Of a stretch of 64,000 nucleotides of DNA, positions 49,009 to 63,470 are shown piece after piece. How positions within the stretch are numbered: position 1 is the stretch's first letter; each line of letters opens with the position of its first letter. The stretch covers positions 1-64,000 of the forward strand of contig NW_021833962.1 in the NCBI RefSeq assembly GCF_006345805.1, read 5' to 3'. The DNA is from Octopus sinensis. Lineage: Eukaryota. The translations under genes and the position numbers were made by a program. The notes beneath the pieces are model-generated. The model saw nothing but the letters and a program-made list of their open reading frames with translations, was not told the DNA's origin and searched no databases.

Positions 49009-51285
49009 TATATATATATAATAGATATATATATATATATATATATATATATCTTACATACATAATACATACATACGTAACATACACACATACATACATA
49101 CACACACAGGCACACACTCATGGGAGACACATGCACGCATACATACTAAATGCTTGCATATATATATGTATGTAAGTATGAAGGAATGAATGTCAGATTG
49201 ATAGACAGACAGACAGACAGAAAACAGACAGACTGTCAGACAGACAGACAGGCAGATAGACAGACAGACAGATAGCTAGATAGACAGGTAGATAGATAGA
49301 CTGGTAGATAGATAGACAGACAGACAGATAGATAGACAGGTAGATAGACAGACAGACAGATAGATAGATAGATAGACGGGTAGATAGACAGACAGACAGA
49401 TAGATAGATAGATAGACAGGTAGATAGACAGACAGACTGATAGATAGATAGATAGACAGGTAGATAGACAGACAGACAGATAGATAGATAGACAGATATA
49501 TAGATAAATAGTGAGTGTATGTGGGTGGGTAGAGAGAGCCTTATGAAACCTTATATGTACGTATATCCCCCACCCCTCCTCTTCCTCCGCTCACTCCTTC
49601 TCCTTATAATTTTCCCTCTCTTTACAATGTCTATCTATCATGTATGACTCTCTTTTCCTGCTATATCCCTTTCTTCCTCTCAGTTCCACGTAGCTGTCTT
49701 CCTTTCACTCTCTCCCTTCCTCACTTTCCCATCATTCCTCCCCCTCTACCACTCTGTCATATGTGCAACAACCAAAGTTCGAGTCGGTAACAACCGGCTC
49801 TTTCCGGCCTCTTCCCTTTCTTTCTCTCTGTTCCATGTAACTGTCTTCCTTTCACTCTCTCCCCCTCTCTCCCTCCCTCACTCTTTCCCATTATTCCTCC
49901 CCCTCTGCCACTCCGTCACGTGAGCAACAACCAAAGTTCGAGTCGGTAACATCCGGAAACACCCGGCTCTTTCCGGCCTCTTCTCAAGCAGACGACACCT
50001 TTCTAAAGAGACGTCCATTTGGCCTTTTGAGCCATTCTTCACGCAATCTTCCCTCTTTTCTACACTTTAAAGGTAAGATTACTTTATTATTTCCAAAAAA
50101 AAATATTTAATTCCCTTCGTTTGCTTCAAATTTTGATTTCTTTCTGGAAAAGCATTTTTCCCCTCCAATTTTACGGTTAATTTGTTGAAAGAATGGAAAA
50201 TGAGAAAAGCAAAAAAAGTGAAAAATATTCTTGAAAAATGAATGAAAAATTGTTTCTCATCCATAAAATATCAGTAATTTATTGCATGTTTAATATATTA
50301 TATGTCTTTTTATGTCGGTGAAATAATAAAAATAATTTGTTTATGAACGGAAATATTGATATTTATGAACGAAGTTATATAAAGAATTGTTTAAAATGAT
50401 TTTTGTGTGAGAAATTCCCTTCGATTCGTCGAAGTCTTCAAACTTTTGGCCCTTTTTCTTTCATCTTCATGTTTTGGGGAAACGAAATATGTGAATGACT
50501 GTTATTATGTTTGTTGTCCACAAACGTTTACTCTGAGCATGTGTCCCAACCGCCTGGTTCTGGGTTCAGTCCCACTGCGTGGCACCTTGGACAAGTGTCT
50601 TCTACTATAGCCTTGGGCCGACCAAAGCCTTGTGAGTGGATTTGGTAGACGGAAACTGAAAGAAGCCTGTCGTGTATATGTATATAGATATGCGTGTGTG
50701 TCTTTGTGTCTGTGTTTGTCCCCCTAGCATTGCTTGACAACCGATGCTGGTGTGTTTACGTCCCCGTAACTTAGCGGTTCGGCATAAGAAACCGATGGAA
50801 TAAGTACAGGGCTTACAAAGAATAAGTCCCGGGGTCGATTTGCTCGACTAAAGGCGGTGCTCCAGCATGGCCGCAGTTACATTGACTGAAACAAGTAAAA
50901 GAGAGTGTATATATATATATATATAATAACCAAGGGTAAAATTAATTAATTAAGAAGTAATCAATAATTTCACCAAGTAGAATTCGGTATGAAAAAAGGA
51001 CCAATTCACGGTAAACTTAAGTAATACTTAATAATTAGGGTTCAGCAAAGATTTGCTTTACCAGATACCGAAGTTTAGAAATAGCAGCCAAAACATTAGC
51101 TATTTAGTCTACTTTAAAAAGTTAGGGTTAGGGTTAGGGTTATTTAGTCTACTTTAAAAAGTTAGGGTTAGGGTTCTAATTTTTAAAGTAGAAGAAATAG
51201 CTAAGGTTTTGGCTGCTATTTCTAAACTTCGTTATGTGGTAAAACAAATCTTTGCTGAAGCCTAATTATTAAGTATTACTATATA

Positions 51286-51337
<52 letters not shown>

Positions 51338-51496
51338 CATACATACATACATACATACATAACATACATACATATGCATACATACATACATACATACACA
51401 CACAGGCACACACTCATGGGAAGACACATGCACGCATACATACAAAATGCTTGCATATATATATGTATGTAAGTATGAAGGAATGAATGTCAGATT

Positions 51497-51534
<38 letters not shown>

Positions 51535-52013
51535 AAACAGACAGACTGTTAGACAGACAGACTGTCAGACAGAGAGACAGATAGATAGACAGACAGACAG
51601 ATAGATAGATAGATAGACAGATAGATAAATAGTGAGTGTATGTGGGTGGGTGGAGAGAGCCTTATGAAACCTACACGTAAGTATATCCCCCCCCCTCCTT
51701 ATCCTTGCTCACTCTTATAAACTTTCCCTCTCTTTACTCTGTATATCATCATGTCTGACTCTCTTTTCCTGCTATACCCTTTCTTCTCTCAGTTCCACGT
51801 AACTGTCTTCCTTTCACTCTCTCCCTCCCTCACTCCTTCCGATCATTCCTCCCCCTCTACTACTCTGTTACGTGAGCAACAACCAAAGTTCGAGTCGGTA
51901 ACATCCGGAAACACCCGGCTCTTTCCGGCCTCTTCCCTTCTCAGCAGACGACACTTTTCCAAAGAGACGTCCATTTGGCCTTTTGAGCCATTCTTCACGC
52001 AATCTTCCCTCTT

Positions 52014-52262
52014 TTCGACACTTTAAAGGTAAGATTACTTTATTATTTCCGGCCTCTTCTCAAGCAGACGACACTTTAAAGGTAAGATTACTTTATTATT
52101 TCCGGCCTCTTCTCAAGCAGACGACACTTTAAAGGTAAGATTACTTTATTATTTCCGGCCTCTTCTCAAGCAGACGACACTTTAAAGGTAAGATTACTTT
52201 ATTATTTCCGGCCTCTTCTCAAGCAGACGACACTTTAAAGGTAAGATTACTTTATTATTTCC
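52014..52262 (+). repeat. 53-bp minisatellite carrying five copies of the leader splice donor (unit 10)
   Basis: ctttaaaggtaag at 52021, 52074, 52127, 52180 and 52233. Confidence 0.92.
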
Positions 52263-53082
52263 AAAAAAAAATATTTAAATACCTTTGTTTGCTTCAAATT
52301 TTGATTTTTTCTGGAAAAGCATTTTTTCCCTCCAATTTTACGGTTAATTTGTTGAAAGAATGGAAAATGAGAAAAGCAAAAAAAAGTGAAAAATATTCTT
52401 GAAAAATGAATGAAAAATTGTTTCTCATCCATAAAATATCAGTAATTTATTGCATGTTTAATATATTATATGTCTTTTTATGTCGGTGAAATAATAAAAA
52501 TAATTTGTTTATGAACGGAAATATTGATATTTGTGAACGAAGTTATATAAAGAATTGTTTAAAATGATTTTTGTGTGAGAAATTCCCTTCGATTCGTCGA
52601 AGTTTTCAAACTTTTGGCCCCTTTTCTTTCATCTTCATGTTTTGGGGAAACGAAATATGTGAATGACTGTTATTATGTTTGTTGTCCACAAACGTTTACT
52701 CTGAGCATGTGTCCCAACCACATGGTGGGTTCAGTCCCACTGCGCGGCACCTTGGGCAAGTGTCTTCTACTATAGCCTTGGGCCGACCAAAGCCTTGTGA
52801 GTGGATTTGGTAGACGGAAACTGAAAGAAGCCTGTCGTATATATGTATATATATATATATATATATATGGTGTGTGTGTATGTGTTTGCGTGTCTGTATT
52901 TGTCCCCCTAGCATTGCTTGACAACCGATGCTGGTGTGTTTACGTCCCCGTAACTTAGCGGTTCGGAAAAAGAGACGATAGAATAAGTACTGGGCTTACA
53001 AAGAATAAGACCGGGGTCGATTTGCTCGACTAAAGGCGGTGCCCCAGCATGGCCGCAGTCAAATGACTGAAACAAGTAAAAG

Positions 53083-53154
<72 letters not shown>

Positions 53155-53484
53155 ATGTAATATATAATAACAAATGGTAAAATTAATTAATTGAGAAGTA
53201 ATCAATAATTTCACCAAGTAGAATTCGGGATGAAAAAAGGACCAATTCACGGTAAACTTAAGTAATACTTAATAATTAGGGTTCAGCAAAGATTTGCTTA
53301 CCAGATACCGAAGTTTAGAGATAGCAGCCCAAACCTTAGCTATTTAGTCTACTTTAAAAAGTTAGGGTTAGGGTTCTAATTTTTGAAGTAGAAGAAATAG
53401 CTAAGGTTTTTGGCTGCTATTTCTAAACTTCATTATGTGGTAAAGCAATCTTTGCTGAACCCTAATTATTAAGTATTACTATAC

Positions 53485-53530
<46 letters not shown>

Positions 53531-55699
53531 ATATATATATATATATATATACATACTACATACATACATACATACATACATACACACACAGGCACACACT
53601 CATGGGAAGACACATGTACGGATACATACAAAATGCTTGCATATATATATATAGTATGTCAGTATGAAGGAATGAATGTCAGATTGATAGACAGACAGAC
53701 AGATAGACAGATAGCTAGATAGATAGACAGACAGACCGATAGATAGAAAGACAGGTAGATAGACAGACAGACAGACAGACAGATAGATAGATAGACAGGT
53801 ACATAGATAGATAGATAGTGAGTGTATGTGGGTGGGTGGAGAGAGCCTTACGAAACGTTACACGTAAGTATATCCCCCTTCCCTCCTCGTCCTCCGTTCA
53901 CTCCTTCTCATAACTTTCCCTCTCTTTACTCTGTATATCTATCATGTCAGACTCTCTTTTCTTGCTATATTACTTTCTGTCTCTCAGTTCCACGCAACTG
54001 TCTTCCTTTCACTCTCTCCCTCTCTATCTCTCCCTCCATAACTCTTTCCATCATTCCTCCCCCTCTACCACCCTGTTACGTGAGCAACAACCCAAGTTCG
54101 AGTCGGTAACATCCGGAAACACCCGGCTCTTCCGGCCTCTTCTCAAGCAGACGACACCTTTTAAAGAGTCCATTTGGCCTTTTGAGCCATTCTTCACGCA
54201 ATCTTCCCTCTTTTCGACACTTTAAAGGTAAGATTACTTTATTATTTCCAATAAAAAATATTTAATTCCCTTCGTTTGCTTCAAAATTTGATCTTTCTGG
54301 AAAAGCATTTTTTCCCTCCAATTTTACGGTAATTTGTTGAAAGAATGGAAAATGAGAAAAGCAAAAAAATGTGAAAAATATTCTTGAAAAATGAATGAAA
54401 AATTGTTTCTCATCCATAAAATATCAGTAATTTATTGTATGTTTAATATTTATATGTCTTTTTATGTCGGTGAAATAATAAAAAGAATTTGTTTATGAAC
54501 GGAAATATTGATATTTATGAACGAAGTTATATAAAGAATTGTTTAAAATGGTTTTTGTGTGAGAAATTCCCTTCGATTCGTCGAAGTTTTCAAACTTTTG
54601 GCCCTTTTCTTTCATCTTCATGTTTTGGGGAAACGAAATATATGAATGACTGTTATTATGTTTGTTGTCCACAAACGTTTACTCTGAGCATGTGTCCCAA
54701 CCACATGGTTCCGGGTTCAATCCCACTGCGTGGCACCTTGGGCAAGTGCCTTCTACTATAACCTTGGGCCGACTAATGCCTTGTGAGTGGATTTGGTAGA
54801 CGGAAACTGAAAGAAGCCTGTCGTGTATATGTATATAGATATGCGTGTGTGTCTTTGTGTCTGTGTTTGTCCCCCTAGCATTGCTTGACAACCGATGTTG
54901 GTGTGTTTACGTTCCCATAACCTAGCGGTTCGGCAAAAGAGACCGATGGGAGAAGTACTGGGCTTACAAAGAATAAGTCCCGGGGTTGATTTGCTCGACT
55001 AAAAAAAGGCGGTGCTCCAGCACCAATAAAATATCAGTAATTTATTGTATGTTTAATATATTATATGTCTTTTTATGTCGGTGAAATAATAAAAATAATT
55101 TGTTTATGAACAGAAATATTGATATTTACGACCGAAGTTATATAAACAATTGTTTAAAATGATTTTTGTGTGAGAAATTCCCTTCGATTCGTCGGGGTTT
55201 TCAAACTTTTGACCTTTTTCTTTCATCTTCATGTTTTTGGGAAACGAAAGATAGCTTCATGAAGAGAATTGATGCCTGTTTTATTGCGGAGGGAACTCAA
55301 TTTGAGCATTTGTTAGGATGAATATTAATAAAGTGTTTCTTCATGTTGGGTAACAGATGGATGTCAGATGGGATTTAAATCGGGAGAGTTCAGAGGATGC
55401 AAATATATATATATATATGGTAAGTAGGTTGCTAACGAACCACATGGTTCCGGGTTCAGTCCCACTGCGTGGCACCTTGGGCAAGTGTCTTCTGCTATAG
55501 CCCCAGGCCGACCAAAGCCTTGTGGTGGACCTGGTAGACGGAAACTGAATGAAGCCTGTCGTATATATGTGTATATATACGTTTGTGTGTCTGTGTTTGT
55601 CCTCACCATCGCTTGTAACCGATGTTGGTGTGTTAATGTTCCTGGAACTTAAAGGTTCGGCCAAAGTGACTGATAGAATAAGTACTAGGCTTACAAAGA

Positions 55700-56125
55700 T
55701 CTTAACCAATTGAGCATGTCCCTTGGTGGCTGACGATATGTGCATCTCTAATCACGAGCAGAGGTCGTGGGGGAGCATCATAGCCATGTGTTGAAAGGGA
55801 TTCTTTGGGGTTTGAATAAATCACCTTTGGAAACATGGGTGGTTTGTTCAATATCCTTAAACAACCCTTATTCAGAGACCTTTTGAGAGGGATGGGCTAC
55901 TCAACCTGAAGAAAATTCTAACTGGGCCCCACCTGCAAGGTCATGTGCTGTTTATCTTGATATGAGATCACCATGTTGCGCACATATGGTTGTGATGCAT
56001 GTGCCTGGTGTACCCTTATCAGACGGGTAGTCATGATGGGTATACTGGGCTTCCTATATTTGTACCCTAGTGTCACTTTGATGGCATGCACTGCTCTCTC
56101 ACTCAATAATAATAATAATAATAAT
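55700..56125 (+). mobile_element. (AAT)n-tailed retroposon copy
   Basis: The 3' part (gtacccttatcagacgggtagtcatgatg..ctctctcactcaataataat) matches 12480-12595 in reverse. Confidence 0.65.
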
Positions 56126-56811
56126 GATGATGATGATGAAAATAATCATAATAAATGCCCTGATGCAGTACTTGGCAGTGGCTCTCATGGCATAAGAGAG
56201 ATAAAATATTTGGGTCTGATATGGGCGGTTTAAATGCTAAGGGTTAACAAGCACCTGGAGATAGTACTTGGGGTAAGCACATCTCTCCATGAATTTGTTA
56301 GCATCCGTCAGGGGAAAAATTAAATTGTAGTATATGGGAGATAACCCTGTAGTTTTAACGCCATAGTAACGAGTATCTCTTGCTCTATGTGTGTGTTTAT
56401 TCATGTGTTTCTGTGAGTGGTTGTGGTCGCGTGTATGTATGTGTGTGTGTGTGTGTGTGAAGCAGAGAATGGAGAGAGGATCGTAATTGTGAATGTGTAG
56501 GAGTAGCTGTGTGGTAAGTAACTTGCTAACGAACAACATGGTTCCGCGTTCGGTCCCACTGCGTGGCACCTTGGGGCCAGTGTCTTCTATTATAGCCTTG
56601 GGTCGACGAAAGCCTTGTGATTAGATTTGGTAGACGGAAACTGAAAGAAACCGATCCTATATATATATATATATATATTATATATAATATATATATATTA
56701 TATATATATATATATGTATATATGTATATATGTATATATGTACACATGTATACATGTATACGTGTATACGTGTATACGTATATATGTATATACGTATATG
56801 TGTATATGTGT

Positions 56812-56917
<106 letters not shown>

Positions 56918-56959
56918 GTATATATGTATATATATAACTTAGATAACTTAGAAAGGTTT

Positions 56960-57200
56960 TGGCCAGTATTGGCCCAGGCCATGTCTTACTTAATAGCACC
57001 ACCTGGCGAAGTCTTTCAATTCAGGATTTGGGCACCAAGGCCCATTTGAGCAGAGAGTTATTGTTTGCGGAGACATATCCGGGTGTGGGTGGTTTGTCCG
57101 GGACTGTTTGAAGGAATTTGTCCAAAGACTTCTTGAATTTTGTGTGGTTAGTTTCTGTTTTGACGTGTCCAGGTGTAATGTTGAAGAGAGCGGGTCAAAT
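56960..57200 (-). mobile_element. LINE ORF2 3'-terminal fragment
   Basis: Minus strand reads [50 protein letters not shown], parallel to the FKTKLDLFLSGVPDEP..SNSL end of the 58.2-kb LINE. Confidence 0.7.
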
Positions 57201-57262
57201 TGAGGTGAAATAATTGTGCCGTATTGTCGTTATATGATGCGATTTAGATTTTTGTTGTGGAC

Positions 57263-57300
<38 letters not shown>

Positions 57301-57559
57301 TAAATGTGAGTGTGCATATATCTTCTTGTGTGGTAGTTTTTAGAACTATTAACTCAATATGTAGAATAACTGAGCTTATTAATATATATTGATATATATT
57401 TTGTTTTATTTTGTTCTGTGTATCTTGTATTATTGTATTAATGAATATATATATATATGTGTAGTATTATGGTGTCTATGCACACATTTTTATATTTTAC
57501 ACTTTTATATTGATATGTATATGGAAAAAAAAATTTTTCACAATTATAATTTATTAAAT

Positions 57560-57670
57560 TCTCTGAAGAGGCCGTGGGGCATCCTTGTTAATGTCTCATT
57601 TATACCTGCCTTATATGGCTTATAGGTTAAATGAGGCATGATTGCCCTTACTGCCGAAACAGCTGTCAGA
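57560..57670 (+). ncRNA. Type I hammerhead ribozyme with an ~85-nt stem II
   Basis: TCT-CTGAAGA at 57563; stem II GGCcGTGGGGCA/TGCCCTTACtGCC extended by ATGTCTCATTTA/TAAATGAGGCAT; GAAAC-AGCT-GTC with cleavage predicted after 57667; AGA closes stem I. Confidence 0.75.
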
Positions 57671-57854
57671 TATGATATAATTACATATTATATTTTATAT
57701 TTTATATTTCTATTTCCTTGTCTAATTATATTTACAACATATTTTGTATAATGCCTTTACTGTTATGTAATGGTGTAATAAAGTATTGATTGGGTATCAT
57801 CTGTTGGTTGATGTTTGATTGATTTAAATATGTTCTCCATTTTCTAATTTTGTA

Positions 57855-57901
<47 letters not shown>

Positions 57902-57980
57902 ATATATATATGTATGTATATATGTATATATATGTATGTATATATGTATATATATGTATATATATATATGTATATATATG

Positions 57981-58081
<101 letters not shown>

Positions 58082-58184
58082 TATATAATATATATATGCA
58101 TATATACATATATATATAAATCCTTAAATCCTTTAAAATGTTTTAGCCCGAAGGCCGCGGCCATGCTGGGGCACCACTGCTGAA

Positions 58185-61100
58185 TGAGCTACACTAATAT
58201 GTGAATCCACCTCTGATACGTGGCACTTGATCAACAAGGGAGTTCGATGCTGCTGCCTGCATCTGCGTCTCCTGTTGTGAGGTAGGTTCATCTGGGACTC
58301 CCGACAAGAAGAGATCCAGTTTAGTTTTAAAGAAACCTACATCCACACCATGTAAGTCTCTCAGGCATTTAGCGAGGATGTTAAAGAGCTGTGGTCCTCT
58401 GAAACCCAAGCCGTTGCAGTATCTGGACCTGTATTTTGATGGTGATGTTGGAATCTTTTGCACCATGCAGTGGCGTCCCGTTCTGTGGTTGGGGTAACTT
58501 TGAATGCTAAAGTTTGGGACAAGACCCTCCAGGATTTTCCAGATGTATATCACCGCATATCTCTTACACCTCCGCTCTTGGGAGAAGAGGTTTAATACTT
58601 TCAGTCTCTCCCAGTAGCTGATATTTTGCATTGAGACGATCTTCTTTGTGTAGCTTCTGTGAATTGCTTCGAGTTCTGCTGTTAGTTTTATATTGTGTGG
58701 TGACCACAGTTGGGAGCAGTAGTCCAAGCGGCTGAGGATGAATGTTTTCCATAGGACCATCAGTGTCTCCTTCTCTCTTGTTCTGAAAGTTCGGAGAATC
58801 CATCCAGCTAGCTGTCTGCATTTTATCACCAGATTAGTAATATGCACTTGGAAAGATGCATCATTGCTCATGTCAATGTCCAGGTTATGCACTGATTTTG
58901 ACTCGGGGATTGCAATTCTTCCTGGGCCAGTGTATCCAGCCTGCACGTCGTTTACCTTTGTGTGCCAGTAGCGCAGGGCCTGGAACTTACCTGCATTAAA
59001 CTGCATGTTGTTGTCCGCCCACCTGTATATTGTATACAACTCCTGTTGCAGATGCGCAATATTTTCAGGGTTTTGTATTGTGTGGGAGACGTTTGTGTCA
59101 TCTGCATAGCTAGCAAGGGTGGCCATCATAGCAACTAAAGGCATGTCTGAAAGGGCCACTATGAACAGCAGTGGCCCCAAGACAGTGCCCTGTGGAACAC
59201 CGCTTGTTATTTGTGTTTCCTTGGAGGTGGCTCCATTGCTCACAACTGCCTGTCTTCTATCTTTTAGGAAGTTGTGCAGCCACTCTCCAAGTTTTCCGCC
59301 TATGCCGAGACCACACAGTTTGTGACAGATCATACCATGGTCGACTTCATCAAAGGCTTTTGCAAAGTCGAGATATATTACATCCACATTTGAGCCATTT
59401 AGTAGCTGTTTTAACACCCAGTCATAGTGTTGCAGGAGCTGTGTTAGGCAGCTTCTACCTGGTTGAAATCCATGGTGGGTGTCAGACAGCAAGTCATTTT
59501 CTTCAAGGAACATGATTAGTTTCTTGCGGACTATTCGTTCCATGACTTTGCTGATGTGTGAGGTCAGAGAGATAGGCCTATAATTTTTACCATCTGCCCT
59601 GCTACTTCCCTTATGTATAGGGCATATTACCCCCTCTTTCAATTTGACTGGGAGCTTACCACTTGCAAGAAAGCTCTGAAAAAGAAGCTGTAGCGGTTTT
59701 GCAAGGGCTCGTTTGCACGATTTGAGAAGGATCGCTGGAAATCCATCAGGTCCAGCAGCTGAGTTTGTGTCAATCTCATCTATGGCTAGTGTGATATCAT
59801 CATCTTCAATGTTGATGTACTCAATTTTTGCCTCTTTGGCCGCAGGTAAAGTGGCAAAGAATTATTCTGGGTTGTTTACTTGCCTGTGTCCTAGAGGTGT
59901 AGTGAACACACTTTGGAATTGTTCGTTCAGTATTTTACTTATCCTCGTGGGATTTCCTGTGAGAGAGCCATCTTTTTGGAAGAGAGGTCCTATTCTCTGG
60001 TGCACTGTGGCTGTCTTTTTGGCAAACTTAAAGAAAGCTTTAGGGTTTGATTTTATATTTTCTATTACCCAATCTTCTTTATCTGCTCTCTCCTTTTCAT
60101 GGGACTGATGCAGACTTTTCTCAGTTTCCATTAGCATTCTCTCGAGCCGAGACTTCTCACCACTTTTGGTGTGCTTGCTCAGGCGGTTCGCAATCCTTGT
60201 CCATCGTCTCATAAGAATCTTCCTTTCTCTAGGGATCCTGTTTTTGTTCTTGTGTGTGCTGGCCCTGCACACTGGGACATATTTGTCACATATGGCTTGT
60301 ATTATGGACATGAAGTGTTTGTGTTTCATGTTAATGTCCTCTGTGGAGAGACATTTAGGCCAATCCTGTTTGAGGATCTCCTTCTCAATCATCTTCCAAT
60401 TTGCTTTATGAAAGTTTAAGGTGGAGAGAAGGTGGATGCTTCATATAGGCTGTGTGTCTACGGGGGCTTTTGGTCCATACATAGACAGCTCTATTATGTT
60501 GTGATCCGAGATCATTGTTGGCATCACTTTAACATTATGGATAATATCCATATTGTTTGTGAAGCAGAGATCCAGTATATTATCTGCCCTTGTTGGTTGC
60601 AGAACTATTTGCTCCATGAAAGAGGCATTTGTGAGATGGAGCAGGGACTCAGCCTGTGCCTGCTGATGGTGTGTCATCCCTGAGAGCATCTGCCCTCCTG
60701 GCCATTTCACATTGGGGAAGTTAAAGTCACCCATGAAGAATACACTGCTGTGTTGTTTAAGGTTGGTGAGGACTTCTCCTATTTTTGTTAGGCAGTCTTC
60801 AAACATGCCTGAGTGATTTGGGGCATCTGGTGGGCGATATGTAGTACATATGATGATATTCAGTTGTCTTATGTGTACAATTTGAGTGTCACAGACTGAG
60901 TTTGAATATGACAACAGGACCTAGGGCGTGAGGTCATCTCGGATGTACATTGCAACTCCACCATGGCTCCTCCCTTTTCTATCTGAGCGTATGACTGCAT
61001 ATTGCGGTATGTGTATTTCTGCATCCCCTATATCGGGTCCAAGATGCGTTTCTGTGAGTGCCATGCATATAGCTTGATTGCATGTCACAAGGTCTCTCAG

Positions 61101-61760
61101 GAATGAGATTTTCCTCTTACAGTTTCCACGCAGCAGCCCTCCTACGTTCAGCAGAAATATTTTTGTGGTGTGTGTGTTGGTGTTGGTGTCTGTGGTGGCC
61201 ATCCTGCATCTGTTGGTGGTGGCCTTATGTGGTGGTAGTTCCAGCTTTGTGCTTGTAGCCAGGTCAGCTGCTGAACAATTTTTTGTGCCATGCACAAAAA
61301 AGATTGCTGTTCAGCTGCTGCCCTTCTCACATCTGGGTGAAGCTGGCCATTTGTTGGGTTACCGCGCACCACATCCGCTTATCGTCTTTCAGTGGTCAGT
61401 GCGCTATTTTTCCTTCTTTTATATTTTTCTTTTTCTTTATCTTTTTGTTCTCCCCTAGGGAGGGATTTTCGTCTTATGGCCGAGCGGTTTTGGTAGGGCT
61501 TCTGATGTGCAAAGCGACAGTTCGTACCTTCGATGCCGTACCACCAGTCCCTCTTCAGGTAGAATTTGCAGATGTTTCTGCCTTTTCCCTTATAGTTCTT
61601 GCTGGGGTTCTTTTGTTTTTTCTGAACAGGGTTTGTTTTAGCTTTAATTTTCTTGTCTTTTAACTCCTGTTTCCCATCAATTTTAGGGTGCTTTTCTTTT
61701 TTTGTGGCCATCGCACCTCTTTGGTCTTCAGTTGTGTGTTGCGAGCTGGACATGTGTCAT
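58185..61760 (-). mobile_element. Decayed near-full-length LINE (CR1/L2-group-like): CCCH-like ORF1 remnant plus APE-RT ORF2
   Basis: ORF1 remnant CKFYLKRDWWYGIEGTNCRFAH; endonuclease LLNVGG, LTETH, YRPP, GDFN, LDL, SDH; RT NYRPISLT, YLDFAKAFD, GVPQGTVLGP, YADD. ORF2 is split over several frames. Clade assignment is approximate. Confidence 0.9.
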
Positions 61761-62842
61761 TGTTTCCCTTATATATGTATATATATATATACACATATAT
61801 ATATATATATTTGTATATATATATATATATATATATATGTTTGAATGCTTATTTTATTTTTATTTATTTTCACTTCACTTCACTTCTCGACCAATCATAC
61901 ATGTTTTCCTATCTGTTGTTATTTATTATCGAAACTATTGTATCTAATTTCTCCTCTATTAACTCTGCCCGACCAAGTCTCGCTCTATCATCTTTTTCAA
62001 CCTTCGCGTATTTGTCTATCGATCTCCGCCATCTTTGAAGCCTGTTCCCTTAATACACTTCCGCCTTGTCCAAAAATTCCTTTCCGGTCAATTTCTTTAC
62101 TTAAGGCAACAACATCTGCTCTCTCATTCATTCACCTAGCGGCTATAATCTCGAGCACAGCTAAGTTTGAATGCTTATTTTATTTTTATTTATTTTCACT
62201 TCACTTCACTTCTCGACCAATCATACATGTTTTCCTATCTGTTGTTATTTATCTATCTAACTATTGTATCTAATTTCTCCTCTATTAACTCTGCCCGACC
62301 AAGTCTCGCTCTATCATCCTTTTTCAACCTTCGCGCGTATTCGCGGTGCACCCACCCTGCCCACCCCCACCACCAATACCGGATATCTCTATATTTTTGC
62401 TCCATCTATACCGGATGTTGTTTCTCCCACCACCATTATAGGTGTCTACTCTTCGAACCCCCCTCCTCAATACGCTATTTCACCATGCATTACCCTCTAG
62501 ATATCCTACGTTCTACTTGCCTAAGAACCTGTCATCATTCCTCTGAACCACCCCTCCCCACTGGTGCTCCCCTATATTTCTGCCCCCCCCCACATAAAAA
62601 AAAAGCACCATCCGAACGTGGCCGATGCCAGACCCCTCTGGCACCTGTGCAGGTGGCACGTAAAAAACACCCACTACACTCGCGGAGTGGTTTGCGGTAG
62701 GAAGGGCATCCAGCTGTAGAAACACTGCCAGACTAGACTGGAGCCTGGGGCAGTCCCTAGCTCCCCGACCCCGGTCGAAACCGTCCAACCCGTGCTAGCG
62801 TGGAAAACGGACGTTAAACGATGATGATGATGATGATGATGA

Positions 62843-62918
62843 TATATATATATATATATATTATACATATATATACATATATAGATATATGTATAAATAT
62901 ATACGTACGTATATAATG

Positions 62919-62965
<47 letters not shown>

Positions 62966-63055
62966 AATATATATATACATATATATATATGATAAATATA
63001 TATATGTATATATATATATGTATATATATATATATACGTATATATATTATACATA

Positions 63056-63090
<35 letters not shown>

Positions 63091-63346
63091 GTATAAATAT
63101 ATATTGTATATATATAATATATATATATATATATACATATAACATATATATATATATATGTATAAATATATATATGTTATATATATATATATATATATAT
63201 ATGTAGAAATATATATATGTATATATTATATGTAAATATATATATATGTATATATATGTATATATATATATGTATATATATATATGTATTATATATTATA
63301 TATTATTATATATATATAACATATATACAATATATATATATATTAT

Positions 63347-63393
<47 letters not shown>

Positions 63394-63470
63394 TATATAA
63401 TATATATTATATATAGATATATATATATACATTATATATATATAATATGTATAAATATATATGTATATAT
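62843..63470. repeat. Long degenerate (TA)n tract
   Basis: Directly visible; similar tracts at 20920-21045, 56660-56935 and 57855-58115. Confidence 0.95.

Noticed and set aside
55255-55395. Tc1/mariner transposase end (FMKRIDACFIAEGTQFEHLL) at the array's right boundary
   Set aside because: Plausible but only about 20 codons. Its position, and that of the mariner remnant at the left boundary, may be coincidental, so I do not claim a transposon-bounded array.
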